Assembly (NCBI GenBank): GCA_964586515.1
Contig: CAZPGJ010000001.1
Location: forward strand, 394,560 to 458,559
Origin: an uncultured Dehalococcoidales bacterium
GTDB taxonomy: Bacteria > Chloroflexota > Dehalococcoidia > GIF9 > AB-539-J10
DNA length: 64,000 bases
Direction of reading: 5' to 3'
A program made the translations under genes and the position numbers. Positions 46,232-55,467 of the stretch are shown piece by piece (position 1 is the first letter of the stretch; each line of letters starts with the position of its first letter). The notes beneath the pieces are model-generated. The model ran no database searches, was not told where the DNA came from, and saw only the letters and a list, made by a program, of their open reading frames with translations.

Positions 46232-48924
46232 TTTATCCTTTGGGTCTTTATTCAGGTGACGCCAGCAATAAGTTTTGTTCTCTCAAGAATCTTCGCAACG
46301 AGAGTGATGTAGAGCAGTTCTTCACTATCCGCTTGCTCAATCATCTGGGATATACTGACGATTTCATTGAAACAAAAACCTCACTAAAAGGTGAACTGTT
46401 AGGAAAGGGTACTAGACGTAGGACATATGTTCCTGATTATGTTTGCTATAAAGATAGGCAACATAAGATTCCTCTTCTGGTTGTGGATGCAAAGAGCCCT
46501 CTTGAAAGTGCTGAGGCAGGCGCAAGTGATGCACAAGAATATGCTGCAGTTTTACACCGACGTCTAGATGACCCAAAACCAGAAATCTATTGCATAGGCA
46601 CAAATGGTACTCGCACTATCGTAAAGCACTATGATAGAGAAAAACCAGAGTTTGACCTTACTTTTGAAGAGTTTGTTGATGGGAATCCTAAGTTCGCTGA
46701 CTTTATTTCCGTGCTTTCGAGAGCATCACTATCGGAAGTTAGTTTCCCGGCAGGTGCAATATTTGAGTTCAGGAAACCGGGCCTTGGCGAAGTAAGAGGC
46801 ATCTTCCAAGCCTGCCACAATATTATATGGCGTAAGGAAAAAATGTCCCCCCAAGCCGCCTTCTATGAATTCTGCAAAATTATGTTTATTAAACTTCGAG
46901 AGGATAAGAAGCTAAGAGGAGACCCAGAACTAAGTCAGTTGATTCGTAACGGACGTCCATTGCCGACGGATAGAGTATTGTTTAACCTTCATATGATAGT
47001 ACAAAGTGAGGATGCAGACCCTAATCCGGTTAACTCTATGCTTTTTAAGCGTCTCAGGGAAGAATTAGAACATGAAATACGAATTGGACGTAAGAAGCGT
47101 ATTTTTGAGCCTGATGAAGAGATAAGACTGAAAGCTACTACAGTTAAAGAAGTCGTGAGGCACCTTGAACACCACGACCTTTATGGTATAGATGAAGATT
47201 TAAATGGTCGATTATTTGAAACTTTCTTAAGTTCCACCATGAGAGGGCCTGAACTAGGTCAATTTTTTACACCGCGTTCTGTAGTTGAATTTATGAGCGA
47301 CCTTGTTGATTTACAAGTGTCACTTCAATATGTCGATTCGGTAATTGACCTATGCTGTGGCACTGGAGGCTTCCTTATAGAGGCGATGGCAAAAATGGCA
47401 GAAAAGGTAAACAGACCCCCGCTGGCAACTGTGCTTGGAAGTGGTGAAAAGGAAAAGATACTACAAAAGATAAGAGATGAGCAGCTACTAGGAATAGATG
47501 CAGGAAAAGACCCCCCTATAGCTAGGATTGCTAGAATCAACATGTATTTACATGGGGATGGAGGTAGCCACATCTACTTTGCAGACGCTCTAGATAAGGC
47601 GACTGCAATAGAGGAAGGTGTGGAACCTGAATTAAGAACAGAACGAGAGGAACTTCGTCAAATTCTTGTTACTGGCGGACATAAGTTTGATGTCGCCCTA
47701 ACTAATCCTCCATTTGCTATGCGTTATAAACGTTCTGAGGCTGATGAACGAAGCATACTTGAACAATACAAACTAGGGGAATATATTGCTAAGAAGGGTT
47801 CTCGAAAACAAAGAGCTTCTTTAAAGTCAAATATTATGTTCTTGGAACGGTATTGTGACTTGTTAAAGCCTGGAGGCAGACTTTGTACTATAATTGATGA
47901 AAGTGTGCTAAATACGGATACAGATAAAGAAGCCAGATACTTTCTGCTGCATAACTTCCTAGTGAGAGCCGTGATTAGTTTGCCCCGATGGGCATTTTTT
48001 GAAGCAGGCTCAAATGTAAAGACCTCTATTCTATTCTTGACCAAAAAACATGAAACGTCTGAAGAGCAACCTCACACGTTCTATGCACGCTGTGAGAACA
48101 TAGGTTATGACTATCAGAAACCAGACCCTACAAAAAATGAACTACCTATGATTCTAACCGCATACAGAGCATATCAGAAAGACGGGAAAATACTTGAGAA
48201 GCAAAAAACTCATTGGAGCGACAAGACTCGGCTCTTCTCCACGAAGTTAACATCAGACATAAGACGAATCGACTTTGAATACCTTGACCCTCGGCATGAA
48301 GTAATGCTAGAGAAATTGCAGGAAATAGCCACCACCCGAAACTATGAGATAGCTAACCTTGATGATTTATGTGAGGTGTTCCGGGGTAAGACTGCAGAAC
48401 AATATGTTACTGATGGCATCCCTATAATTAAACTACGAAACGTAACGAACGAGGGTATAAATTGGGAAGATATAGATTTTGTGCTTAGAGACTTTTTTGA
48501 TGATAATCCTGATTGCCATCTAAAGCCTTTAGATATTTTGCTTACCTCTACAGGAGTGGGAACTATCGGTAGGGTCGATATGTTGGATAGGGACATACCC
48601 TGTATGACAGATGGGCATGTTACTGTGTTAAGGGTAAAGGAACAAACTAAGGTTCTGCCCCGATATATCCTTTATTACCTCCGGTCAACTTTAGGACAAA
48701 TGCAAATGGAGAAATATACTGTAGGCAGTACTGGCCAAACTGAGCTCAATAGAGATGATGTTAAGGCAATAAAGGTTGTTTATCCTGAGTCAGCCGATGA
48801 CCAATCAAAATTAGCTGATGCTGCACACAGTATAGAGGCTGTCGCAGTCAGAGCAAGAAATGAATATAGGAATAACTTAGCAATGGCTAGACTGAAATTT
48901 GCTGAATCGTTGGGTTTGTCATAA
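46228..48924 (+). CDS. single-chain Type IIG/IIL-like restriction-modification enzyme (nuclease + gamma-class N6-MTase + TRD)
   Basis: 898 aa; N-terminal PD-(D/E)xK (VPDYVCY...VVDAKS), MTase motif I LCCGTGGFL and motif IV LTNPPF, C-terminal HsdS-like TRD; AGAGGAG SD before TTG start. Confidence 0.65.
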   Translation: MIYPLGLYSGDASNKFCSLKNLRNESDVEQFFTIRLLNHLGYTDDFIETKTSLKGELLGKGTRRRTYVPDYVCYKDRQHKIPLLVVDAKSPLESAEAGASDAQEYAAVLHRRLDDPKPEIYCIGTNGTRTIVKHYDREKPEFDLTFEEFVDGNPKFADFISVLSRASLSEVSFPAGAIFEFRKPGLGEVRGIFQACHNIIWRKEKMSPQAAFYEFCKIMFIKLREDKKLRGDPELSQLIRNGRPLPTDRVLFNLHMIVQSEDADPNPVNSMLFKRLREELEHEIRIGRKKRIFEPDEEIRLKATTVKEVVRHLEHHDLYGIDEDLNGRLFETFLSSTMRGPELGQFFTPRSVVEFMSDLVDLQVSLQYVDSVIDLCCGTGGFLIEAMAKMAEKVNRPPLATVLGSGEKEKILQKIRDEQLLGIDAGKDPPIARIARINMYLHGDGGSHIYFADALDKATAIEEGVEPELRTEREELRQILVTGGHKFDVALTNPPFAMRYKRSEADERSILEQYKLGEYIAKKGSRKQRASLKSNIMFLERYCDLLKPGGRLCTIIDESVLNTDTDKEARYFLLHNFLVRAVISLPRWAFFEAGSNVKTSILFLTKKHETSEEQPHTFYARCENIGYDYQKPDPTKNELPMILTAYRAYQKDGKILEKQKTHWSDKTRLFSTKLTSDIRRIDFEYLDPRHEVMLEKLQEIATTRNYEIANLDDLCEVFRGKTAEQYVTDGIPIIKLRNVTNEGINWEDIDFVLRDFFDDNPDCHLKPLDILLTSTGVGTIGRVDMLDRDIPCMTDGHVTVLRVKEQTKVLPRYILYYLRSTLGQMQMEKYTVGSTGQTELNRDDVKAIKVVYPESADDQSKLADAAHSIEAVAVRARNEYRNNLAMARLKFAESLGLS

Positions 48925-48978
48925 TGTTGCTTAAGCAATTTTCCTAGCAAAAACCCTAACTTCCCCAAATTGCCCAAG

Positions 48979-49049
48979 AATTCCGGAATTCCAGGGGCAC
49001 CATACCAATCAGGCCTGCTACAAATCAGGTATTATGCCCCCAGAATACC
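48979..49049 (+). repeat. cassette-boundary repeat, copy 17 (variant B, duplicated GAATTCC 5' arm)
   Basis: gaattccggaattccaggggcaccataccaatcaggcctgctacaaatcaggtattatgcccccagaatacc. Confidence 0.7.
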
Positions 49050-49193
49050 ACGAACTCATCTTCGGTCGAGGGTGGTGATGGCACCCTTGACTTGACTTTG
49101 GTCTGAGCCTTTGATACCTTAGACTTTGTCATGGTTGCTAGGGGGTGCACTACTAGACTCACTTAAATCTCGTACATACCCTCAGGGCGAATC

Positions 49194-50015
49194 TTGCAAG
49201 TTCTGGGGGTGACGGAAGGAAATATGACTCGGCAATTGCATATCACCATCGAAGGAAGACTAGGCCAAATTCCCCTTAATACACTAGCGACTATGGCACG
49301 AAACTCCTGTGATATTTTGGAGGAGTTGGATAATGTGACCTCTGCGAAGCCCGGTGGGACTATGGAATGGTTTGTCTCGGGCATCTCCACTGAGGCAAGT
49401 TTGACGGTCACCATCGAAGCAAAGCCAAAACTAAAGGATGTAGATTATACAGGGAGGGTAGCAGAATTATTTGTTGATGGATTGGCGCATATTGAGAAGG
49501 AGCATACCACTCCGCCGTATTTTTCTGACTATGGTCTCCGTAAAACTCATAACATTGCCAAAACCCTTCGTAAGAATGGAGCAGAAGCTATCAGAGTGGA
49601 AGACATTGAACGCAAAGCCAGTGGCCTTATAAAGGCAGATGTGGCGGACCCTCTGAAAAAACTCATTAGTATTCGGTATCAAGAGATAGGTTCAGTAGAG
49701 GGTACACTTGAAATGATTTCTATTCACGGCTATCCACGTACAACTGTTTATCATTCTATTACACATCGGTCTGTTAGCTGCAAATTTGCCCCCAGATTGT
49801 TAGAGATAGTTAAAGAAGGGCTGGGAAATCGTGTGATTGTACACGGCATAGTTTATTTCAACTATGTGCATGAACCGATAAGAGTGGATGCCGAGAGGAT
49901 AGAAATAATGCCTCAAGAGGAGGAACTTCCTACGGCAAAAGACTTACGTGGTATGGTTCCTGATTTCACGGGGGATATGAAGACTGAAGACTATATTCGG
50001 AGTCTTCGTGAATGA
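49194..50015 (+). CDS. hypothetical protein (no recognisable domain), upstream partner of PIN gene
   Basis: 273 aa (probable start MTRQLHITIEG at 49224); stop overlaps start of PIN gene (ATGA). Confidence 0.45.
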   Translation: MQVLGVTEGNMTRQLHITIEGRLGQIPLNTLATMARNSCDILEELDNVTSAKPGGTMEWFVSGISTEASLTVTIEAKPKLKDVDYTGRVAELFVDGLAHIEKEHTTPPYFSDYGLRKTHNIAKTLRKNGAEAIRVEDIERKASGLIKADVADPLKKLISIRYQEIGSVEGTLEMISIHGYPRTTVYHSITHRSVSCKFAPRLLEIVKEGLGNRVIVHGIVYFNYVHEPIRVDAERIEIMPQEEELPTAKDLRGMVPDFTGDMKTEDYIRSLRE

Positions 50016-50494
50016 CTAACACTATTTATAAACAACCGTATTTGGAGAGTAGCGTTTTTATCGCCCTCATTAAAGGTGAGGTCATAGACGGGGTAGATAG
50101 AGCCGATATTGCTCAACACATTCTTGACGATGCTGCAAGAGGAAGGTGGCCTATTTTCACATCCACATTTACCTTTGCAGAAGTAATCAAAGATCGCAAA
50201 AGACCCTTGTTAACACTGGAGGAAGAAAGGAGAATTGGTGATTATTTCAAACATAAATACATTAAGCCAGTGCTATTAGATAGGGAAGTTGGAGAATCAG
50301 CGAGACGATTAGCTAGAATTTATACTCTACGCCCCGCTGATGCTGTTCACTTGGCAAGTGCTATCCAAGCAAAAGCAGATGAATTGTTGACTTGGGATAG
50401 TGGTAATTTCCCAATTGGTCAAACTATAGAGGGAGTCACAATTAAATTACCATATTGGTTTGGTCAAACTAGGATACCATTGCAACCAAGCTAA
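50012..50494 (+). CDS. PIN-domain nuclease
   Basis: 160 aa; acidic residues in PIN positions: YLESSVFIA, TSTFTFAEV, PADAVHLASA, LLTWDSG. Confidence 0.6.
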   Translation: MTNTIYKQPYLESSVFIALIKGEVIDGVDRADIAQHILDDAARGRWPIFTSTFTFAEVIKDRKRPLLTLEEERRIGDYFKHKYIKPVLLDREVGESARRLARIYTLRPADAVHLASAIQAKADELLTWDSGNFPIGQTIEGVTIKLPYWFGQTRIPLQPS

Positions 50495-50568
50495 TCAAAA
50501 GAACCCCCAATGATAGAATTAGGAAGAGAATAATGTCACTCGCCCTAGCTTCATGTATAGCCCTTTTG

Positions 50569-50632
50569 TAATTCCCGGGACACCATACCAATCAGGCCTA
50601 CTACAAATTAAGTATTATTTTCCCCAAAATAC
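50569..50632 (+). repeat. cassette-boundary repeat, copy 18 (variant B)
   Basis: aattcccgggacaccataccaatcaggcctactacaaattaagtattattttccccaaaatac. Confidence 0.65.
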
Positions 50633-50680
50633 ACGTGAATGACACGCCATTCGCTTTAGCATTAGGTTCAGCGGGTGAAT

Positions 50681-51355
50681 TTAAGCATTCAAGAGGCTAT
50701 TACCGGTGAGCAACAGCACAGCGTTGTCGATTAGCTTTGGTACGGTTGTATTCCAACCATCATCGAGGTATTTCTCCCACATATCTCCCGGACTTTCCAT
50801 CACTTCTAGGGCAAGATGCATAATTTCCATGTACTTTACGCCCGATTCTGCTTCGTACCCATAGAAATATTTGAGTGTATTCTTCGAGTCCATAGGAATA
50901 CACAATTTAGGAAACAAAAAGTGTAGTAGTTTGGAATTAGACACCAGTCTTCCGCCTGTCTTCATCACGTGTAGATTCTCGTAAACGTCGGCTATGCAAT
51001 CAAGTTTCTGTTCGATGCTCCCGTGTTGCCTTTCTACTGCTTCGAGGTTAGACAACTGCGATATACAGACGAAAATACTCTGTTTGAAATCATCGAAGTA
51101 CTTAAGTCTGGCTCCCCGGCTGTTCATGTCCCAGGCCACAAGAGTAGCGTAGACTATCTCCAAATTGTGGTCGTCAGAAATAAAAGATGTGACGGTCCCT
51201 GCGCCAAATCTCAGTACGAGTGTTCGCTTATAGAAGTAAAGGTCTGGGCCAAAACGGCCGTCACGTCCGATTCGGTATAGCCGATTTATATCAGATATTC
51301 TATTCTCTATCGTTGTCTTGATGTCATTCATCTTCTGAGTTCTGTTTTTTATCAT
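50681..51355 (-). CDS. hypothetical protein
   Basis: 224 aa; clean ORF bounded by two repeat copies; no motif recognised. Confidence 0.4.
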   Translation of the reverse strand: MIKNRTQKMNDIKTTIENRISDINRLYRIGRDGRFGPDLYFYKRTLVLRFGAGTVTSFISDDHNLEIVYATLVAWDMNSRGARLKYFDDFKQSIFVCISQLSNLEAVERQHGSIEQKLDCIADVYENLHVMKTGGRLVSNSKLLHFLFPKLCIPMDSKNTLKYFYGYEAESGVKYMEIMHLALEVMESPGDMWEKYLDDGWNTTVPKLIDNAVLLLTGNSLLNA

Positions 51356-51519
51356 ATATGTTTATCTCCTCCAATATGAGCTTTGGTTCAGTCTATGATA
51401 TTCATTACACCGGTCTACGCCAGCGCTCGCCACACGTCAGTCTTAGCAGTCTTTACTAAGTCCATTCGTAACCTGCTAGGTATTATAGCAAGGGATAGCT
51501 GTCTGGTTCATCCTCCACA

Positions 51520-51583
51520 CAATTCCAGGGACACCACCCCAGTCAGGCCTGCTACAAATCAGGTATTATTTCCCCAGAATACC
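51520..51583 (+). repeat. cassette-boundary repeat, copy 19 (variant B)
   Basis: aattccagggacaccaccccagtcaggcctgctacaaatcaggtattatttccccagaatacc. Confidence 0.7.
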
Positions 51584-51706
51584 ACGAAATCAAAGGCGCA
51601 GATGGTGAACTTTGGTTAAGAGTCGAACTCGAATAGGCCGATATCCACGCAGGCAGCAAGCGTATCCATTGGGTCATTTCAAACTGTGACGGGGATGCTT
51701 AGCCGG

Positions 51707-51857
51707 CAAAAAAAGATGCCCCGAGTAACCTCACTTCCTTCACCTGCATCGTCCGGCTCAGCCCTCAGCTTATCCTGTGCCGACCACCGCCAGCACCTTT
51801 CAGCCTCCGCCAAGCTCAACTCTTATGCCGGGTCCCTGCTCGGCTACTCGGGACAAC
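51707..51857 (-). ncRNA. candidate ~150-nt structured small RNA (copy A) with own promoter and U-tail
   Basis: Minus strand: TTGACA(51891-51886)-18-TAGTAT(51867-51862); transcript GUCCCGAGUAGCC...CAGGUGAAGGAAGUGAGGUUACUCGGGGCAUCUUUUUUU; 5' CCCGAGUAG pairs with 3' UUACUCGGG; ~80% identical to copy B with conserved ends and variable middle. Confidence 0.35.
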
Positions 51858-51938
51858 CTTAATACTAGCACATATATAGAACAGTTGTCAAGTCCGCATA
51901 TGTACCAGGACGTCAGTAATGTCATGTGTCGGCACAGG

Positions 51939-52388
51939 TCACTTCTGGGTGAACTCCGGATGGTTCCTTTTCAACCATTCCAGGACCGTAGTGCGAAGCT
52001 TCTTTGCCAGAGCAAGCATCTTCTCAACTTCTTGTTCAGAAACCATGCCCACTCTCTCATAATCAGCGATATTGCGTTTCCTGCGAAAGGTATTAAGCTG
52101 GTCAATGGTCCTGGCATCAAGCTGCATGGTGAAAGCTAGCGACTGGATAGTCCAGTAGTGGTGGCCTTCTTGTGCTGCCCTGTAGCCACTGGCAGCCAGC
52201 GCTACCGTCGCTGCCAGCAAGGCAGCACTGTAAGCGGTGGCGAATCGCCTGTCCGCGCTCAATTCATGTAACTGGGCATCCGCCAGGTCACGGTCAGCCG
52301 CCTTCAGTAGCTCGGCAATGTCGCTACTGCTTGTTTTATGGGCTCTTAACCGCCCGCTTTCCAACCAGCTTTGTAAGCTCGTATTCAT
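51939..52388 (-). CDS. HEPN domain protein (second MNT-HEPN pair)
   Basis: 149 aa; paralogue of 25347..25799 (NAAVQTAKAAL / SAALLAATVAL; RNISDYER / RNIADYER). Confidence 0.6.
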   Translation of the reverse strand: MNTSLQSWLESGRLRAHKTSSSDIAELLKAADRDLADAQLHELSADRRFATAYSAALLAATVALAASGYRAAQEGHHYWTIQSLAFTMQLDARTIDQLNTFRRKRNIADYERVGMVSEQEVEKMLALAKKLRTTVLEWLKRNHPEFTQK

Positions 52389-52953
52389 TGCCTATGAGAA
52401 AGATTTTGTCGCCCTCAAGCACTGTATTGAGGAAATGGTGAGCGTCCTTTATTTTCTGTTTGAATTCAGTGATAGGATATACTACCGGGTTGACTTCGCG
52501 CCCCAGTTTTTGTTCCGCCGGGTTGAGAAGCGAAACCACGTCTTCAAAGGAGATTCTCCCAACTATCATCACGTCAATATCGCTTGTTCTCCTTTCATCG
52601 CCGCTGACGATTGAGCCGAATATGAAAGCAACCTTTATCTGCCCGATACAAGGCGCCAGTGCTGAGCGCAGGACGTCTGCCACACCCACAGTTTTGACAA
52701 TTATTCCATGCAGCTCATTAAAAAGAGGGCTCTGCCGGTTTGCCTGATAATATTTCTGTTTTCCCTCCGTAGTCGAAACAAGAATACCGGTCTCCTCCAG
52801 ATGTGCCAGCTCACGGCTCACATTTGTAGAATCTTCCTCCACTAAGGCGGTAAGTTGGCGGACAAAATAGCGCTGATCTGGATGTGTGAATAACCATCCC
52901 AGCACCTTTGCCCTGAGCTTTGACCCTACAAGTGTTCCTAATATTCCGTTCAT
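52336..52953 (-). CDS. wHTH + minimal nucleotidyltransferase (second copy)
   Basis: 205 aa; GSIVSGDERRTSDIDVMIV; paralogue of 24779..25378. Confidence 0.7.
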   Translation of the reverse strand: MNGILGTLVGSKLRAKVLGWLFTHPDQRYFVRQLTALVEEDSTNVSRELAHLEETGILVSTTEGKQKYYQANRQSPLFNELHGIIVKTVGVADVLRSALAPCIGQIKVAFIFGSIVSGDERRTSDIDVMIVGRISFEDVVSLLNPAEQKLGREVNPVVYPITEFKQKIKDAHHFLNTVLEGDKIFLIGNEYELTKLVGKRAVKSP

Positions 52954-52965
52954 CCTATACGAAAT

Positions 52966-53023
52966 TGCAGTTTTATTTACTGCTATTGCAGTATTTTATA
53001 CTGCAAACCCTTCCGAAGTCAAT
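52966..53023. promoter_or_regulatory. promoter/operator of MNT-HEPN pair 2
   Basis: Minus strand TTGACT-17-ATAAAAT; palindrome TGCAGTATTTTATACTGCA (52988..53006) overlaps -10; second half-site TGCAGTTTTATTTACTGCTATTGCA. Confidence 0.4.
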
Positions 53024-53106
53024 AGTAGTTTCCAGATATTTGCTCCAAATATTGAGTATGTGCTCATTAGAATGAGCGATGACAAAGAAGCCAAGACTTG
53101 GTAGCT

Positions 53107-53152
53107 GGAATTCCGGGGATACCATCCTTCACAAGGTGAAGGATCAGGTCGG
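53107..53152 (+). repeat. cassette-boundary repeat, copy 20 (truncated after hairpin)
   Basis: ggaattccggggataccatccttcacaaggtgaaggatcaggtcgg. Confidence 0.6.
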
Positions 53153-53254
53153 TGAATTTTGGTTAAGAGTCGAACCTGAATAAGCCGATATCCACGCAGG
53201 TATTAGGCCTATTTATCGGGCATTTGAAACTGCGAGAAGGATGCTCAGCTGGCA

Positions 53255-53405
53255 AAAAATAAAACGCCCCGAGTAACCTCACTTCCTTCACCTGCCATCG
53301 TCGAGCCTCATCTTCAGCCTACCTTGCGGCGATTACCATCCCCGCCTTTCAGCTTCCACCAAGCCCGACTCTTATGCCGGGTCCCCGCTTGGCTACTCGG
53401 GACAT
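53255..53405 (-). ncRNA. candidate ~150-nt structured small RNA (copy B)
   Basis: Minus strand TTGACA(53440-53435)-18-TAACAT(53416-53411); same conserved 5' GUCCCGAGUAGCC and 3' CAGGUGAAGGAAGUGAGGUUACUCGGGGCGUUUUAUUUUUU as copy A. Confidence 0.35.
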
Positions 53406-53611
53406 CTTCTATGTTAGCACATCCATAAAACATCTGTCAAGTTTTGTGCGCGGGGGTCGGAGCAACCGGCTTATGGATAACGAGGCCGGCTTTCGTGCAA
53501 CCCCGCCATATTGAGCGATGAGTCCCTTTCATGACTTTTCCCTTGGCGCGATATACAATCTAACGAAGAATTCTTGTGCCAACCCGTTACTTGAGTACGT
53601 AGGAGATAGGA

Positions 53612-54619
53612 TTGCTCTCAGCCATACCTGTACTGTTTGGCTCGCTAATTTCAGTCTTTATTGCCTCGCTTCTTTTTGTTAATGCGCTCGAATGGTTGGG
53701 CAATAAGTTGAACCTGGGTAGCTCATTTGTTGGGGCTGTTTTATCACCAATATTTACCTCCCTGCCCGAGCTAATTGTCATTCTAATAGCTATCTTTTCC
53801 AATATCGGTGAGGCCGGGCAAGAGGTCGGAATAGGGACGATTTTCGGAGAGCCTTTTATGGCATCCAGTTTGTCTTATAGCCTGGTGGGGATTGCCGTTG
53901 TCGTTGGATACCTTGGGAAGAAAAGAACCAGCACTACGCTGGTTATCGATAAAACTCTCTCTATTCCTTATATCTTCGTAATAGTTCTGTTTCCGTTAGT
54001 CCTGATACCGGGGTTCGTACATATAATTTGGGTGAAGTACTTATTCGGTGCAGGGTTTCTGGCGATTTTCATCTTCTATATGCGGTTAATGTACCGGAGA
54101 AGAATGACCGAGGAAATCGGAGAGGTTGAAGATCTTACGTTTGCTAAATTGGCCCCCAAAACACGCTCGCACCCAATGATAGTGTTAGCATTTCAACTTT
54201 CTGTGTCGGTTGTACTACTGTATTTCGGTTCGCGATATCTGGTCTCTTCGGTGGTAGCGATTTCTCAGGGGATTAATGTCAGCCCTTTAGGTTTAGCGAT
54301 GATTATTATTCCGGCGGCAACGGCTATCCCTGAGACTATAACTGCGCTGATCTGGGGATACAGGGGAAAGGATACACTGAGCATTGCCTCTCTGGTTGGT
54401 GAAAAGACTTTATATTCTACTTTCTACCCTGCAATAGGGCTATTTCTTACTTCCTGGGCGCTGGATATTCATGCTATATTCAGCGTCATTGTCACCACCC
54501 TAATTTCATTGATTCTGCTTTGCTACGTCAGGAGGCAACGATTACCCTGGTACAGCCTATTCTTCGGCCTCGCCTTTTTTATAGGTTACGGCGTACTAAT
54601 ATTCCTGTTTAGAATCTAA
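53612..54619 (+). CDS. CaCA-family cation/Ca2+ antiporter (YrbG-like)
   Basis: 335 aa; two alpha-repeat signatures GAVLSPIFTSLPELIVIL and IPAATAIPETITALIWG. Confidence 0.7.
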   Translation: MLSAIPVLFGSLISVFIASLLFVNALEWLGNKLNLGSSFVGAVLSPIFTSLPELIVILIAIFSNIGEAGQEVGIGTIFGEPFMASSLSYSLVGIAVVVGYLGKKRTSTTLVIDKTLSIPYIFVIVLFPLVLIPGFVHIIWVKYLFGAGFLAIFIFYMRLMYRRRMTEEIGEVEDLTFAKLAPKTRSHPMIVLAFQLSVSVVLLYFGSRYLVSSVVAISQGINVSPLGLAMIIIPAATAIPETITALIWGYRGKDTLSIASLVGEKTLYSTFYPAIGLFLTSWALDIHAIFSVIVTTLISLILLCYVRRQRLPWYSLFFGLAFFIGYGVLIFLFRI

Positions 54620-54752
54620 TATGATTCTTAATAAGACATCTTTCCCCGTTGACCAGACTTGGTAATCCTGAAACACTCCGGCTCACGGCTTTACAAAATA
54701 GTGTATTGTGATCGCCAGCGAGTAGCGCACGGAATAGCGTTTGTGCAGCCTG

Positions 54753-54817
54753 GAATTCCAGGGACACCTCCTTCACCTTGTGAAGGACAAGTCAGGCATT
54801 ATGTCCTCAGAATACAG
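54753..54817 (+). repeat. cassette-boundary repeat, copy 21 (variant A)
   Basis: ggaattccagggacacctccttcaccttgtgaaggacaagtcaggcattatgtcctcagaatacagg. Confidence 0.7.
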
Positions 54818-54899
54818 GTGGGTATTTACAACATCGAATGAGGTTACGTGTGCTTGAAGATTCGTTAATACAGGCGTACACTGGATAATCGAGTATAGA

Positions 54900-55364
54900 G
54901 TGGAGGTGTCTCTAATGAAGGCTTTAATAGTATATGACTCAGTTTATGGAAATACGGAGAAAATCGCCAGGGCTATTGCTGAAGCTATTACCCCGTCCGG
55001 TGAGGTCAAGGTACTGCAGGCAGGCGAGGCGAATCCCTCGGAACTGGCATCCAATGACCTTCTCATTTTAGGTTCTCCGACCCATGGGGGCAGGCCGACG
55101 CCGGCGATTCAAGACCTCCTTACCAAAGTCCCCAAGCTTCAAGGTATCAACGTAGCTGCATTCGACACCAGAACCCAGACGAAACTCGTCGGGGTGTTTG
55201 GATATGCTGCTGGACGCATCGCCCGTAATCTGAAAGGAAAGGGCGGTACTCTCATAGCGTCTCCGGTGGGTTTCTTTGTTACAGGTAGCAAAGGTCCGCT
55301 GAAAGAAGGCGAACTAGAGCGGGCTGCAGGTTGGGCCAAGGGAATTTTAGAGAGCAAGAAGTAA
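54900..55364 (+). CDS. flavodoxin-like fold protein (copy 2)
   Basis: 154 aa, ~90% identical to 21438..21908; differs by 3-aa indel (ERS). Confidence 0.7.
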   Translation: MEVSLMKALIVYDSVYGNTEKIARAIAEAITPSGEVKVLQAGEANPSELASNDLLILGSPTHGGRPTPAIQDLLTKVPKLQGINVAAFDTRTQTKLVGVFGYAAGRIARNLKGKGGTLIASPVGFFVTGSKGPLKEGELERAAGWAKGILESKK

Positions 55365-55404
55365 TTTTGTAATGCCCTTCCTCATTTCAACTATACAATT
55401 ACTG

Positions 55405-55467
55405 AATTCCAGGAACACCGTCCTTCACAAGGTGAAGGACAAGTCAGGTATTATGTCCCCAGAATAC
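55405..55467 (+). repeat. cassette-boundary repeat, copy 22 (inverted-loop hairpin)
   Basis: gaattccaggaacaccgtccttcacaaggtgaaggacaagtcaggtattatgtccccagaatac. Confidence 0.7.

Noticed and set aside
51700-51760. CAGGUGAAGGAAG motif as a possible SRP-RNA domain IV (AGGAAGCAGC)
   Set aside because: Only a short partial match. The GNRA tetraloop and flanking helix 8 of 4.5S RNA are absent, and the element is duplicated, unlike ffs.
53587-53802. 71-aa minus-strand ORF at the start of the CaCA antiporter gene
   Set aside because: It overlaps the antiporter's N-terminus on the opposite strand and has no features of its own.
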